Part shown: piece by piece, positions 39,488 through 49,981 of the stretch
Layout of the letters: each line of letters starts with the position of its first letter
How positions within the stretch are numbered: the stretch's first letter is position 1
Assembly: GCA_050331735.1 (NCBI GenBank)
Contig: JBHJGN010000037.1
Span: forward strand, 52,858 to 116,857
DNA: 64,000 bases
DNA from: Cyanophyceae cyanobacterium
GTDB taxonomy: Bacteria > Cyanobacteriota > Cyanobacteriia > Cyanobacteriales > JBHJGN01
Direction: 5' to 3'
Translations under genes and position numbers: made by a program
The notes under the pieces: model-generated
The model's input: only the letters and a program-made list of their open reading frames with translations
Database searches by the model: none
Told to the model about the DNA's origin: nothing

Positions 39488-40186
39488 CTAAGAGCGCGTT
39501 CGGCGCCGAATTTCGCTAGCGCGACGGCGAGGAGAACGCTGGGTTGGACCGCCTAGCTGACGGCTCACCTCGGCAAAGATATCTCGCTGTAGCAAGGGAT
39601 ATTCGCCAATCCAGAGGTTGTGTTGAGGAATATAGACATCGGTAATTTTATCGATGGGAGCTAGCTCTGGCTGCTGAGACAGCACGACAAGTTCCGCGAC
39701 TTGGCCAGGAGCGACGGCTTTATGAATCCGGCGCAGAGGAGCCTGAACGGTCGCCCGAAAACCTGTTTCGTCCCCGACTTCTAGATTGATGCGGCGTTCG
39801 CGGTTTTCAATGATAACCAGTTCACCTCGCTTGTTGACGGTTTCTTCTTCACTCACCAGCTCTTCGGTCAGATAAACATCCAGCACTTGCCCTCTGAGAA
39901 AACCGCTATAAGGATAACGCCGATAAGCGGCATTTCGCAGGCTGGCCCAATAGACAGGCCCCCAAAGCCAATAGAGTCCAGCGCTAAGGCACAAGATTAG
40001 AGTAAGTGATTTTCCTCCGTCGCCTAGCAAGCTGCCGAGGATGAGCATGACAACAACGGCCACGACTGAAATCAATAGCTGCTTGAGGAAATTTTGCACA
40101 TTCTTCCAGTGATGGGCATACTGAGGCCCTGTGGCAATGAGGGGAACAATTTGTTCAAATTTCTCGCGAGTGAGGGGAATAAGCAT
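39488..40186 (-). CDS. Conserved cyanobacterial membrane protein
   Basis: MLIPLTR.KFEQIVP.IATG.QY; two TM helices; GELVIIENRERRINLEVGDETGF. Confidence 0.75.
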   Translation of the reverse strand: MLIPLTREKFEQIVPLIATGPQYAHHWKNVQNFLKQLLISVVAVVVMLILGSLLGDGGKSLTLILCLSAGLYWLWGPVYWASLRNAAYRRYPYSGFLRGQVLDVYLTEELVSEEETVNKRGELVIIENRERRINLEVGDETGFRATVQAPLRRIHKAVAPGQVAELVVLSQQPELAPIDKITDVYIPQHNLWIGEYPLLQRDIFAEVSRQLGGPTQRSPRRRASEIRRRTRS

Positions 40187-40309
40187 CAGCAGTTATTAGT
40201 GAGCAGTGACCAGTGCAGGAAATCGAGCAGTAGATTCGCGTTCACAATCAATGATTAACCATCAACAAAACGCTAGCATGTAGCCAACAATTCTGTTAAC
40301 CAAGAACGG

Positions 40310-41134
40310 CTACAGAATCTTTTCTAGCCCATAAACGAGGGATTTAAGCTGGGTGACTTTACGGATGGCCAGTAAGACGCCAGGCATATAGCAGGCACGG
40401 TCAGTGGTATCGTGGCGGAGGGTATAGAGTTCACCGGGAGCACCAAAAATGAGCTCTTGGTGGGCAATCAAGCCGGGTAAGCGGATGCTGTGAATGGGGA
40501 TATTGGCGTCGGCCAGTCCTCCTCTCGCTCCCGGCAGTTTTTCAGTGGCTTCCACAGCGGCGGGATTATAGCTTTTCCCAAGTTCCGCCAGCATTTGAGC
40601 CGTTTTGAGGGCGGTTCCGCTAGGAGCATCAGCTTTCTGGTTGTGGTGCAGCTCGATAATTTCTACATGGTCAAAATACTGGGAAGCAGCGATCGCTGCC
40701 TGCTGGAGGAGCACCATCCCAATCAAAAAGTTGGGGATGATCAAGGCTCCGGTGCTGGCTTTTTCGGCAAAGTCGGCCAGCTCTCCGAGCTGTGTGGGAC
40801 TCAACCCGGTGGTGCCAACAACAGGTCGCACTCCGTAGGCGATCGCCGTGCGCACATTTTCATAAACGCTATCGGGATGGGTAAAATCCACCATTACCCC
40901 CTGAATTGTTTCCTGAGTTGCCATCACCAGAATTCCCTGGAGATCGTTGACAATCGGCACTTCTACAGCACCAATCCCGACGACTTCCCCCACATCTTGA
41001 CCCACCGTTTCCGGGTGGCGAGCTACTGCTCCCAGAAGCATCAGATCTTCTGCTCGAGTAACGGCTTTGATGACCTCACGTCCCATCTTTCCGGTAGCGC
41101 CGTTAACCACTACGGGAATGCGATCCTTCGTCAT
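40310..41134 (-). CDS. dapB: 4-hydroxy-tetrahydrodipicolinate reductase
   Basis: [31 protein letters not shown]. Confidence 0.97.
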   Translation of the reverse strand: MTKDRIPVVVNGATGKMGREVIKAVTRAEDLMLLGAVARHPETVGQDVGEVVGIGAVEVPIVNDLQGILVMATQETIQGVMVDFTHPDSVYENVRTAIAYGVRPVVGTTGLSPTQLGELADFAEKASTGALIIPNFLIGMVLLQQAAIAASQYFDHVEIIELHHNQKADAPSGTALKTAQMLAELGKSYNPAAVEATEKLPGARGGLADANIPIHSIRLPGLIAHQELIFGAPGELYTLRHDTTDRACYMPGVLLAIRKVTQLKSLVYGLEKIL

Positions 41135-41344
41135 TCGTGATTTGTCCTTTGTCCTTTGTCATTAGAATAACAAGAACGAGCTAGAGAAAATAAACCGCTT
41201 CGACGGTAATCTGTTCTGCTTCCGGCCTTAGCCTGACAAAGTAAAGGCCAACGACAGGGGACTCATCACTGATTTTTTGCTGTAGTCTTGGCTGCCGTAA
41301 ATGAGAATGATATACTAATTAGACCAAAAACCGGGCATCCCGCG

Positions 41345-42478
41345 ATGGCTACAGCAACGGAGCTAAAACAGGTCTGGCGCTCTCGTTTGGGGCAGGAGTG
41401 TTCCGACCAGAGTCAGCAGGCGCAAATCAGTATTGTATGTTGGCTACTGGGGGAAACGCCGTTTGAACAGCTTGAACCGCATCAGGTGATAGTTGCTCGA
41501 CAGGCAATGGAGCATCGCTATCGAATTCTGCGCCAGCGCTACTTAGGAGTATCCTCCTCCCAGGCTTATCGTCATCTAATGAATCGTCTGGGGAGCTTAA
41601 CAGTGCTGCGTAGCAAGATCTATCGGTGGGTTGCTCTCAGTCGTGATCGCCAACGAGCTGTCACCGATGTTCTTGAAGAACTGATTCAGGAAATGCTCAA
41701 GCGCGATCGCTATCTGCAACAGCAGATGACTCGTATTGCTCAATATACTCAGGCTTTACCAGCGCAAGAGCAGAGGCGACTGCGGGATAGTCTGTTGCTA
41801 GCTACGGTTGAAGAATACTGCTTGCGTCCTATTCATCATCAGCCCCTCGTTGTCTATCGCTTTGTTAACTACCTGCGTCGTCAGGAACGCAGTGGCATCA
41901 CTCAGGTTCCCCGTCAAGAAACAGTCCGCACAATTTCGGAAGAAACGAATTCTGAATCTGCCGTCAGTCTGCTGGATATTGCCGCTAGCACTCCCGGTCA
42001 GGAAAAAGCTTGGGAGGAACAGGTGATGCGAGCGCAGGTGCAGCAGGAGTTTGAAGGCTATCTATTCAAGCAGCTAGGAGAGAGGGCGGTTCAGTGGCTC
42101 AGGCTTTATCTTCAGGGACAATCTCCAGAGGCTATTGCAAGAGCGCTCCAGTTACCGATTCAGCAGGTTTATCGCTTACGGGAAAAGGTGATCTATCATG
42201 CCTCGCGAGTTGCCATTAAAGTGAACCCAGAGCTGGTTGCAAGTTGGCTAGAAACCTCCCTTCAAGACCACAGCTTAGGGCTTACTCAATCCCAGTGGCA
42301 GGAGTACTGGCAAAGCCTCGATGCTGACCAACATCAACTGCTCGCTAGCCTGAAGCTTGGCATTTCTTTAGAGAAGATCTCTCAAGATTTTGACTGGAAA
42401 ACGAGCAAAACCGTACAAGAGTGGAGTAAGCTATATCAGGCCGCTCAGCAGTTGCGGAATGCTTCAGCTAAGCTCTAA
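41345..42478 (+). CDS. HetZ-related protein
   Basis: WLLGE, AMEHRYRILRQRYLG, WVALSRDRQR, EEYCLRP, LYLQG.S.EAIA HTH, YRLREKV. Confidence 0.75.
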   Translation: MATATELKQVWRSRLGQECSDQSQQAQISIVCWLLGETPFEQLEPHQVIVARQAMEHRYRILRQRYLGVSSSQAYRHLMNRLGSLTVLRSKIYRWVALSRDRQRAVTDVLEELIQEMLKRDRYLQQQMTRIAQYTQALPAQEQRRLRDSLLLATVEEYCLRPIHHQPLVVYRFVNYLRRQERSGITQVPRQETVRTISEETNSESAVSLLDIAASTPGQEKAWEEQVMRAQVQQEFEGYLFKQLGERAVQWLRLYLQGQSPEAIARALQLPIQQVYRLREKVIYHASRVAIKVNPELVASWLETSLQDHSLGLTQSQWQEYWQSLDADQHQLLASLKLGISLEKISQDFDWKTSKTVQEWSKLYQAAQQLRNASAKL

Positions 42479-42601
42479 AGCTGCTGACTCAATGATGGGG
42501 AGCAAAGCTCGTCGCTTATTCGGATTTACTCCCCGCTAGCCCAAAAACTCCATTGTTACTAAAAGTAACAGCTCCCTTGACGAATCACTCGCTTCAGCTT
42601 A

Positions 42602-43036
42602 CTATTCTTGATTCTCTCCGACAACTTGAGTTTTCAGAGCATCAAACTCGGCGACTAGCTCCTGACGAGTCGAGGCTCGCAGCAGGTAGCGATAGGTGAA
42701 CCACGCGCTATATCCCAGTCCAACAAGCTCAAAAACGGGTGCCAGCAACGGAATATTATTGATAGCATCCAAGACTGCTAGCGTAACGTAGACAGTGACG
42801 GCAACGGACAGCAGTAGCAGCAGATTGAGGAGGGGCTTGCGATAGTCGGAAAAGAAATTAGCAATTTCCTCAGTGATTCGAGATAAATAGCCAACAGCAA
42901 TGTCAACCCACTCCTGCCATACTGGTTCTGTAGAGGGAGCATCAGCCGGAACAATAGCTCCGGTTTCCGTGTTGATCGCTGCCGACTGTTGCGCATCTGC
43001 AACTGTCGTTTCGGTTGGTTGAACTTTAGATTCCAT
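42602..43036 (-). CDS. CAAD domain protein (CurT/CURT1-like thylakoid membrane protein)
   Basis: AVLDAINNIPLL..VFELVGLGYSAWF.YRYLL...RQEL. Confidence 0.85.
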   Translation of the reverse strand: MESKVQPTETTVADAQQSAAINTETGAIVPADAPSTEPVWQEWVDIAVGYLSRITEEIANFFSDYRKPLLNLLLLLSVAVTVYVTLAVLDAINNIPLLAPVFELVGLGYSAWFTYRYLLRASTRQELVAEFDALKTQVVGENQE

Positions 43037-43328
43037 CGTTAACCTCTTATACGATTATGAACAGTATTTTACTAAGAAGACAGTCAGAGAGAAATTTAAC
43101 CTGACTGGCTTTTGCCCATATTACCAAACCCGTTTAGTTGCTTCATCTACCTGCGTATTTAACGATTAGTCGTCTTTTTCGTCAGCGCTTAAATCGTTAG
43201 CTTAGCTGGAGCTGAGTCGATTCTTTTCCTTAGGCTACTCTTTGAGTCACAATTTTTCTCTCTTTCAAGGGAAAGATTTTAGCTCGCGACCAGCAATACC
43301 AACCCTCTCTAGAAAAGGCATTTTTAGA

Positions 43329-44192
43329 CTAAACCAAAATGGGTTTTTGGTCAAAAAAACTATTCTGCTGCAGCTCCGATTGGCGACAGTTAATCTCGCA
43401 AGAATTATTGGGGCTTTCGATTAGCTTGACTTTTTCCAGCTCGACTCCTAGCTCCTGTACAGGAGACTGCAAAAGCTGAGCGATATGGAGAGCGATGTTT
43501 TCGGCAGTGGGAACTACCTGAGCAAAGTGAGCGATGTCTTTGTTGAGAAAGGTATGGTCGAAGGGATCGATAACGCGATCATCAATTACTTTCTGGAGAG
43601 CAATGAGATCGACAATCATGCCTGTACGGGGAGCGATTGGGCCAGTGACCGATATCTCCAAATGGTAGTTGTGCCCGTGGCCATGAGGTCGTGCGCATTT
43701 CCCATAAATTTCCACGTTTTCTTCATCACTCAGTTCCGGCAAAGCGAGCCGATGAGCAGCACTAAAGTGGGTACTAACCGTTAAAGTTGCTTCCATAGTT
43801 CCTCGATAATCAGCCCAAAGTTCAGCGTTTTCATATAAGCGAATGTTGACAAGCGGTAAATGAGCCGCCAAGCGCTGCCAAATGACTCTGGCAAGGTTTT
43901 CGGTCGTTGGCAAAGTCTGTTGAAATTCCGGCCAGACTTCATTTAAGTAGGAAAAATCTAGTTGACTGGTTACTTCATCTTTAATAACTTGCTTCACCTG
44001 GGACAGGTTTTGCACCATGCCGTAGCGATCGATGTCGCCAGCCAAAGAGACATAGAGAACGTAATTGTGTCCGTGTCCTGGAAACCGGCTACAGGGTCCG
44101 AAACGCTCTCTATTTTCTGCCGGAGCGAGTTCAGGCAGCCAGTAACGATGGCTGGCCGAAAATTGTGCCCGTCGGTTGATAGTACAGTTCAT
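43329..44192 (-). CDS. Tandem-domain 6-pyruvoyl-tetrahydropterin synthase family protein
   Basis: Two repeats of FSA.HR...C....GHGHNY...PT.EN.A. Confidence 0.9.
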   Translation of the reverse strand: MNCTINRRAQFSASHRYWLPELAPAENRERFGPCSRFPGHGHNYVLYVSLAGDIDRYGMVQNLSQVKQVIKDEVTSQLDFSYLNEVWPEFQQTLPTTENLARVIWQRLAAHLPLVNIRLYENAELWADYRGTMEATLTVSTHFSAAHRLALPELSDEENVEIYGKCARPHGHGHNYHLEISVTGPIAPRTGMIVDLIALQKVIDDRVIDPFDHTFLNKDIAHFAQVVPTAENIALHIAQLLQSPVQELGVELEKVKLIESPNNSCEINCRQSELQQNSFFDQKPILV

Positions 44193-44347
44193 CTCCGCTG
44201 TCGTTGATACATTAGTAATCAGTAAAGCCTTTCTCAGGATAAACGATTCTCGCTCTCTTCAACTAGCTCTGTAGCTGGGAGAGAACAGCCGTGAAGGAAT
44301 CCTGCTTACCGTTAATAGCTGGCTCTCGACCGGCCAACCACAACCGC

Positions 44348-45037
44348 TCACAAGATGATCGCTTTTGCTGTCGCCTGGGCTTCGCCATAGAGTCGGTGAG
44401 CGATCCGAAATAATTCTTTCCCCGTATGCAGGTAGTGCTCGTCATAATTGAGGGTAAACCATTTCAGCTCATCGATGCCATCGCTAATTTGATTCAGGCA
44501 GAAATAAAGATGGGCAGCAATATTGGCAAATTTAGCCGGATTTGGCTGAGAGGCTAGCACAAGCCGAGCCTGTTCGAGAGTTTCTCGGCATTCTGTTAAA
44601 TAGTCTTCAAACTCTGCTACGAGAGTGTCATCAAAGGGATCGGCAGACAGAGCCTCTAATTGAGGGTCTAGAGAATTAAGAATAGACGTGACAATGCGAC
44701 CAATTGGCCGATAAACCTGCTGGAGCCACTGGTGCTGAGAAAAGTTTGATTGGCGTTGCCGCTGTTTTCGGTAGCTGTTTTGAGCTTCGCTAGTGCGCTG
44801 CTGTCTTTGAGGAGTAGCGTCAACCACGAGCTGCCGGTCGTAGGAACGACGGCGCTGGGGATCTTTGAGCACTTCGTAGGCTCCGTTGATCGAAACAATC
44901 CGCTGGCGATCGCCCCCATCGCCCTGGGCATCTGGGTGAAACTGCTTGACCAAGCGTCGATAGGCTTGCTTGATTTCTGTCTGAGTGGCCGTTTGACTTA
45001 CCTCTAAGACCTGGTAGTGATTATCCTTGGCTATCAT
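44348..45037 (-). CDS. DnaJ-domain protein
   Basis: HYQVLEV...IKQAYRRLVKQFHPD...AYEVL.DP.RR..YD. Probable start ATG 45037. Confidence 0.9.
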   Translation of the reverse strand: MIAKDNHYQVLEVSQTATQTEIKQAYRRLVKQFHPDAQGDGGDRQRIVSINGAYEVLKDPQRRRSYDRQLVVDATPQRQQRTSEAQNSYRKQRQRQSNFSQHQWLQQVYRPIGRIVTSILNSLDPQLEALSADPFDDTLVAEFEDYLTECRETLEQARLVLASQPNPAKFANIAAHLYFCLNQISDGIDELKWFTLNYDEHYLHTGKELFRIAHRLYGEAQATAKAIIL

Positions 45038-45122
45038 GAGAGGCTGTCTGGAGGGCGTTGTGTTTCGCTTGTTCACCGTTCCACAGACTCAGGTTCTGGC
45101 GGAACTTCAAGCTTCAGCGGGG

Positions 45123-46091
45123 TTAACTCCCCGACAGGGCTACCGGCACTCGCGGCTCTAGGTTTTGATAAAGCGGCGTACTCAAGTAGCGCTCTCCAAA
45201 GCTGGGCTGAATCATCACGATGATTTTGTTTCGATTTTCGGGGCGTTGAGCCACTCGAATGGCCGCACACAGAGCAGCTCCGGTCGAAATACCGGAGAGA
45301 ATCCCTTCTTCTCTAGCTAAACGACGACCATAGGCGATCGCCTCATCATCGGAAACGGTGATCACCTCGTCGATCAACTCGACGCGCAGCACATTAGGAA
45401 TAAATCCAGCACCGATCCCCTGAATTTTATGGGGTCCGGGACGACCACCGGAAAGAATGGGGCTACTCACGGGTTCAACGGCAATCACCTTAAAATCTGG
45501 CTTGCGTTCCTTAATCACCTGAGCTACTCCGGTAATCGTGCCTCCGGTGCCAACGCCTGCGACAAAGAAATCAATGTGTCCGTCGGTATCTGACCAAATT
45601 TCCTCTGCTGTCGTTTGCCGATGCATCTCTGGATTCGCAAGATTGTTAAACTGCTGTAGCATATAGGCTTCAGGGACAGACTGCACAATCTCATAGGCTC
45701 GTTGAATACAGCCACTCATGCCTTCAGCCCCCGGAGTCAGCTCTAGATGAGCGCCATAGGCCCGCAGCATTGCTCGCCGTTCGCTACTCATCGTTTCCGG
45801 CATAGTCAAAATCAGAGCGTATCCCTTAGCTGCCGCCGCCATCGCTAGAGCAATCCCGGTATTTCCCGAGGTTGGTTCTACGAGCGTTGTTTTGCCAGGG
45901 GCAATCAGTCCTTCGGCTTCAGCCATATTAATCATATTAACGCCGATGCGGTCTTTCACCGAAGCCGCTGGATTCATGCCTTCTAGCTTGACCAATATTT
46001 GAGCCTCACATCCTTCTGACTGAGGCAGGCGATTTAACTGGACTAAAGGAGTGCGTCCAACAAGTTCTGTAATATCTTTAGCAATTCGCAT
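45123..46091 (-). CDS. cysK: Cysteine synthase A
   Basis: [38 protein letters not shown]. Confidence 0.97.
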   Translation of the reverse strand: MRIAKDITELVGRTPLVQLNRLPQSEGCEAQILVKLEGMNPAASVKDRIGVNMINMAEAEGLIAPGKTTLVEPTSGNTGIALAMAAAAKGYALILTMPETMSSERRAMLRAYGAHLELTPGAEGMSGCIQRAYEIVQSVPEAYMLQQFNNLANPEMHRQTTAEEIWSDTDGHIDFFVAGVGTGGTITGVAQVIKERKPDFKVIAVEPVSSPILSGGRPGPHKIQGIGAGFIPNVLRVELIDEVITVSDDEAIAYGRRLAREEGILSGISTGAALCAAIRVAQRPENRNKIIVMIQPSFGERYLSTPLYQNLEPRVPVALSGS

Positions 46092-46108
46092 AGCGTGGTT
46101 GGAGTTGA

Positions 46109-46540
46109 CTAGATGTAGTACATAAAATCTGATTGAGATTGAGCTTTTCGTTTGTCACTTAAATCCTGGAGAGTGTAGTTTTGCAGCACTTCTAGAGCAC
46201 TTTGATATACCTCGCGCCACACTTCCTGAACAACATTTTTTTCAACTGTAGCAACATTGCCATCCTGGGAGCCTGTAGATTCTGACCCTTCTAAACAGCT
46301 AATGACATCTAGAAGCGTGATCCGTCGAGGGTTTCGTGCTAACAAATACCCTCCTTTTGCTCCTCTTTGACTTTTGACTAAGCCACCTCGTCTTAGGGTT
46401 GCTAGCAACTGTTCTAAATAACGGTCTGAAATATTTTGCTTCGCTGCAATCTGTCGAATTTGCAGCGGCCTTTGCTGATACTGGTCCGTCAATTCCAAAA
46501 GAGCAAGCAGAGCGTATTCCGTTTTGCAGGAAAGTTCCAC
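46109..46540 (-). CDS. Rrf2 family transcriptional regulator (CymR-like)
   Basis: [31 protein letters not shown]; directly upstream of cysK. Confidence 0.9.
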   Translation of the reverse strand: MELSCKTEYALLALLELTDQYQQRPLQIRQIAAKQNISDRYLEQLLATLRRGGLVKSQRGAKGGYLLARNPRRITLLDVISCLEGSESTGSQDGNVATVEKNVVQEVWREVYQSALEVLQNYTLQDLSDKRKAQSQSDFMYYI

Positions 46541-46777
46541 AAATTTATTTTCAGAGCCACTGCCTCTAGTATACTCCGGTTCTCCACCAGAGATTCGGAG
46601 TTCCTGTATCGGTCATGAGTCGACGGTTTTCTGTTGCTGGCTGTCGGAATAGTGGTGCTTCAAGAGCCCATGAGAAGCTCAATTCGCTAATGCTCGAGGA
46701 CAAATCATGTAGAAGACCTGCCACTACAGGAGAAGAATGGGCTTGAATATCGTTAACTATTTTCGCTCCATAAACTA

Positions 46778-46830
46778 TCCGCTCCTACAAAGCACTACCG
46801 GAAATTGAGGTAGCGTTTTGTAAGAGCGGT
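46778..46830 (-). terminator. Long inverted repeat or terminator
   Basis: ccgctcctacaaagcactacc...ggtagcgttttgtaagagcgg. Confidence 0.6.
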
Positions 46831-47040
46831 GTAGTGGGTCTTCTAGTTAACACCTGACTGCCGGGAGGAACCCATGCAGCCCTAACGCGAGTTGGCTTCC
46901 GAAGAAGCCATTAGCGACTGCTAGAGAACAGCCCCGGCACACAGCCGGCTAGCGTCAACCAGGAGACCCATAATTTTACTACTTTCAATCATGGGCATCA
47001 CCTCCTTTGTTGCCTGAGCGGTCTGTTTCTCAGTGGGTAC
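46778..47040 (-). ncRNA. Candidate small transcript (sRNA and/or 23-aa small ORF 46992-46921)
   Basis: Extended -10 TGcTAGTAT at ~47047-47055, AAAGGAGGTGAT SD, ATG ORF MIESSKIMGLLVDASRLCAGAVL, several hairpins and a terminal long stem. Confidence 0.5.
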
Positions 47041-47083
47041 TCGACTATACTAGCACGCTCATTTTGAATTGGGAAGAAGTCGG

Positions 47084-48460
47084 TTAATCGGGCTTGCTGT
47101 TAACTCGAAAAGCCTTACACTGCTGGAGAAACCTTGCCAGATAGCGTTGATACTCGCCGAAATGAACGTGAATGTAAGAGGCGTGCAGATGCTTGAGCTG
47201 CCAGCCGTCATAACCAACGAAGCTAGATAAGGAGCGGGTCTCAAACAGGGGTCGAGGTGAAGCCATTGTCAATTGGGAGCGGTGAAATTCGTGTCCCCAA
47301 ACCCTCTCTTTTGAACGCAACAGCAGGCTATTGGCGAGAGTGGTTGCCCGACGATACCCTAAAGTCAGTCGGTTTGTCATCACGGTGGTTGTTGGTAAAA
47401 CTCCGGTCATTGGCCAGCTTTGGCCCGTAAAATCAATAAGCTGTTCGCACAGATACATCAAGCCGCCGCATTCAGCGTAAGTCGGTAGCCCAGTCTGAAT
47501 TGCCGAGCGCACTGTGTCTAAAGCTGGGCGGTTTTGAGCAAGCTGCTGGGCAAAGACTTCAGGAAAGCCCCCTCCTAAGTACAGCCCGTGAATCTCAGAC
47601 GGCAAGGATTCGGTGAGGGGACTCCAGAAGACAAGTTCAGCGCCCTGCCTGAGAAGATCGAAGTTGTCCTCGTAGTAAAAGTTGAAGGCGCGATCGCGAG
47701 CAACGGCCAAACGAATCTCTGGAGAACGGCAGGCCAGTAGCGGGGAAGGGCTGGAGCGAACGGCGGGCAATTTGAGCAGCGGGAATAACCGGTTCCAGTT
47801 GAAAACCTTGCCAATCTGGGCCAACTGGTCGAATCGCTGCTCTAGCTGAGTCAGTTCAGCAGTGGGCACTAAGCCCAAGTGTCTGCTAGGCAGGGATTCA
47901 TGGCGGCGTAGAATGCCGATAACGGGTAGCTGTAGAGGTTCCAGGGCATCTTTGAGAAGCTGGAGATGGCGATCGCTCCCGACTCGGTTGAGGACAATTC
48001 CAGCAATAGTAATTCGAGGGTCTAAGGAGCAGTAGCCGTGTACGAGAGCGGCAACCGACCCCGATAGCCGACTTGTATCAACCACCAGCAGCACGGGCAG
48101 GTTGAGTAACCGAGCGACATGAGCAGTGCTAGCATAGTCGTTTGGTAAATCAGCAGACGACAAGGATTGCCCGGTTTTGACCCCGTCAAACAAACCCATA
48201 ACCCCTTCGACCAAAGCCAGTTCAACGCTCTGACAGTGGCGGGCAAAGCAAGATTTGACGTAGCTAGAAGAGGTGAGGACCGGGTCTAAATTGCGGCAGG
48301 GACGACCGGTAATCGCGGTGTGAAACATCGGGTCGATGTAGTCTGGCCCGACTTTAAACGACTGCACTCGCCGACCCTGCTTGGCTAAATAAGCAAGGAT
48401 GGCAAGCGTTACGGTCGTCTTGCCCACTCCACTTCTTTCTCCGGCAATGATGAGAGCCAT
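47084..48460 (-). CDS. cobB: Cobyrinate a,c-diamide synthase
   Basis: SGVGKTT, FKVGPDYIDP, EGVMGLFDG, SRHLGL, AECGG, GHEFH. Confidence 0.93.
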   Translation of the reverse strand: MALIIAGERSGVGKTTVTLAILAYLAKQGRRVQSFKVGPDYIDPMFHTAITGRPCRNLDPVLTSSSYVKSCFARHCQSVELALVEGVMGLFDGVKTGQSLSSADLPNDYASTAHVARLLNLPVLLVVDTSRLSGSVAALVHGYCSLDPRITIAGIVLNRVGSDRHLQLLKDALEPLQLPVIGILRRHESLPSRHLGLVPTAELTQLEQRFDQLAQIGKVFNWNRLFPLLKLPAVRSSPSPLLACRSPEIRLAVARDRAFNFYYEDNFDLLRQGAELVFWSPLTESLPSEIHGLYLGGGFPEVFAQQLAQNRPALDTVRSAIQTGLPTYAECGGLMYLCEQLIDFTGQSWPMTGVLPTTTVMTNRLTLGYRRATTLANSLLLRSKERVWGHEFHRSQLTMASPRPLFETRSLSSFVGYDGWQLKHLHASYIHVHFGEYQRYLARFLQQCKAFRVNSKPD

Positions 48461-48480
48461 CCAGAATGCTGAAGGTTAAC

Positions 48481-49830
48481 TTATTCAGCAGTCGCTAGTC
48501 TCAAAATTCCTGTCGTGACTTTCATACTTTCGTGATAGAGCAGTTCGCGTCCACCACGCTGAAGCTGTCGTCCGAGTAATTTTTCGGTATCTTGGTCAAA
48601 CAGAGAAGTCACCTGCTGAATGCGGCAGGATTGAGCCCCGCCGCCAGCTTCCATGCGCATACAGCCTGTTGTTTCCGAACAGAGAACTGTACAGCAGTCG
48701 GCATCAAGATTAGTAGAAGACAGACGTAGACTAATCAGATCCCCCTGCACATCTCCGGTATCGGCGGTAGGAACTCCAGCTAGTTCGGCTTCGATGGTGC
48801 GCTGCTCAGCGGTGGTGAATTTGACCCGTCTAATGTCGTAGTCGCCTCCTTCGTGCTCGTACGATACAGGATGCCACTGAAGACGACTCGCCAACCACCC
48901 CAGATACATGAGAGCCTGAGTCTGATTTCCTTTTTCGTAGTCAATTGTTACCCGGTCAATTTCTGTGAGAGCAGAACGACGTTCTGGAGGATCGAAAGCT
49001 TCAGCCGCTAGCTCCTGCCAAGCCGCTAACCGTCCCCAGTTGAGATCGGCAATGGGCAGCTCTTTTTCAATCAGTTCTCCGATGCGCAGGAGGTCAGCTT
49101 CGGGAGCGGTAAATTTACTAGAGTCGATAATGATGCTGTTGCTCTCGCTCACCAGCCGCTTAAAGAGTCCGTATTCTGGTTCTGGGCTGGCTTTCCACCA
49201 CACAAATTGAGGGAGTCCGCTAATCGTGAGCGCCGAGATCATCCCGCCGATTCTTTCTAGGGCGGCAGCGGTTCCTCGCAGCGTAATATATTCGCAGCAG
49301 ACTAAGGAACTTTTGTTGGCTTTTTGAATCGGGCAATAGGCAGAGACCTGGGCCGATACTCCTTCATCAGGGCCAACCGTTGGACAGAGGGTAATAATCC
49401 GACAAGGATTAGAGGCCGCGATCGCATCAGCCACTCCCGATCCTTCTAGATCTGGCGAGAACTGCTTGACATCTCCTCCATTCTTCGATTGAGCGTTAAA
49501 TTCGCTCTGTAACTTCGCTAACAGCTCTTGATTTGATTTGCCGGTTGGTTCTACTCCATAAGCTTTTTGAGCTGCCTTAATCGCTGCTGTCGTGCGCGGA
49601 CCAGCAATGCCATCAACGGGACCAGTGTAAAACCCCAAAGCGGCTAGCAGCGGCTGTGTTGGTTCTGGTTCGTACACAATAAAGCTAAAGGTTGTTGCTC
49701 TAGAGGCGGCGGGTCCATCTTCTCCGCTATAGTGTCGCCAAATTTCCTGAAGTTCTCCCTCGATTTCATCAATGGAGATGTCTTTTGGGGCTTGTAAAGA
49801 GACTAGAGGAGGAGAATCTGTGATTGCCAT
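48481..49830 (-). CDS. opcA: Glucose-6-phosphate dehydrogenase assembly protein OpcA
   Basis: NPCRIITL, AYCP, VCCEYI, ADLNW.RL; follows zwf. Confidence 0.93.
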   Translation of the reverse strand: MAITDSPPLVSLQAPKDISIDEIEGELQEIWRHYSGEDGPAASRATTFSFIVYEPEPTQPLLAALGFYTGPVDGIAGPRTTAAIKAAQKAYGVEPTGKSNQELLAKLQSEFNAQSKNGGDVKQFSPDLEGSGVADAIAASNPCRIITLCPTVGPDEGVSAQVSAYCPIQKANKSSLVCCEYITLRGTAAALERIGGMISALTISGLPQFVWWKASPEPEYGLFKRLVSESNSIIIDSSKFTAPEADLLRIGELIEKELPIADLNWGRLAAWQELAAEAFDPPERRSALTEIDRVTIDYEKGNQTQALMYLGWLASRLQWHPVSYEHEGGDYDIRRVKFTTAEQRTIEAELAGVPTADTGDVQGDLISLRLSSTNLDADCCTVLCSETTGCMRMEAGGGAQSCRIQQVTSLFDQDTEKLLGRQLQRGGRELLYHESMKVTTGILRLATAE

Positions 49831-49859
49831 GCTGATAGTCCTTAAACGAGTAACAATTA

Positions 49860-49980
49860 TCAATAAACAATGATTAGTAACCAGTTATCGATTATTAGTG
49901 CTGAGTATTCAGGCAGAGTGCTTAGTTAGTGACTAGTTACCAGTTATCTAACCCAGTTAATTTGCTCACTAGTCACTGAT
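49860..49980. repeat. Degenerate STRR-like heptamer repeats
   Basis: Recurring ttagtga/ttaccag/taaccag/tcactag units in the zwf-opcA spacer. Confidence 0.45.
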
Positions 49981-49981
49981 T

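Noticed and set aside
40490..41140. 216-aa plus-strand ORF
   Set aside because: Antisense shadow of dapB.
46997..47008. 16S rRNA fragment (ATCACCTCCTTT)
   Set aside because: The match is only 12 nt with no flanking rRNA sequence; it is better read as an SD on the minus strand.
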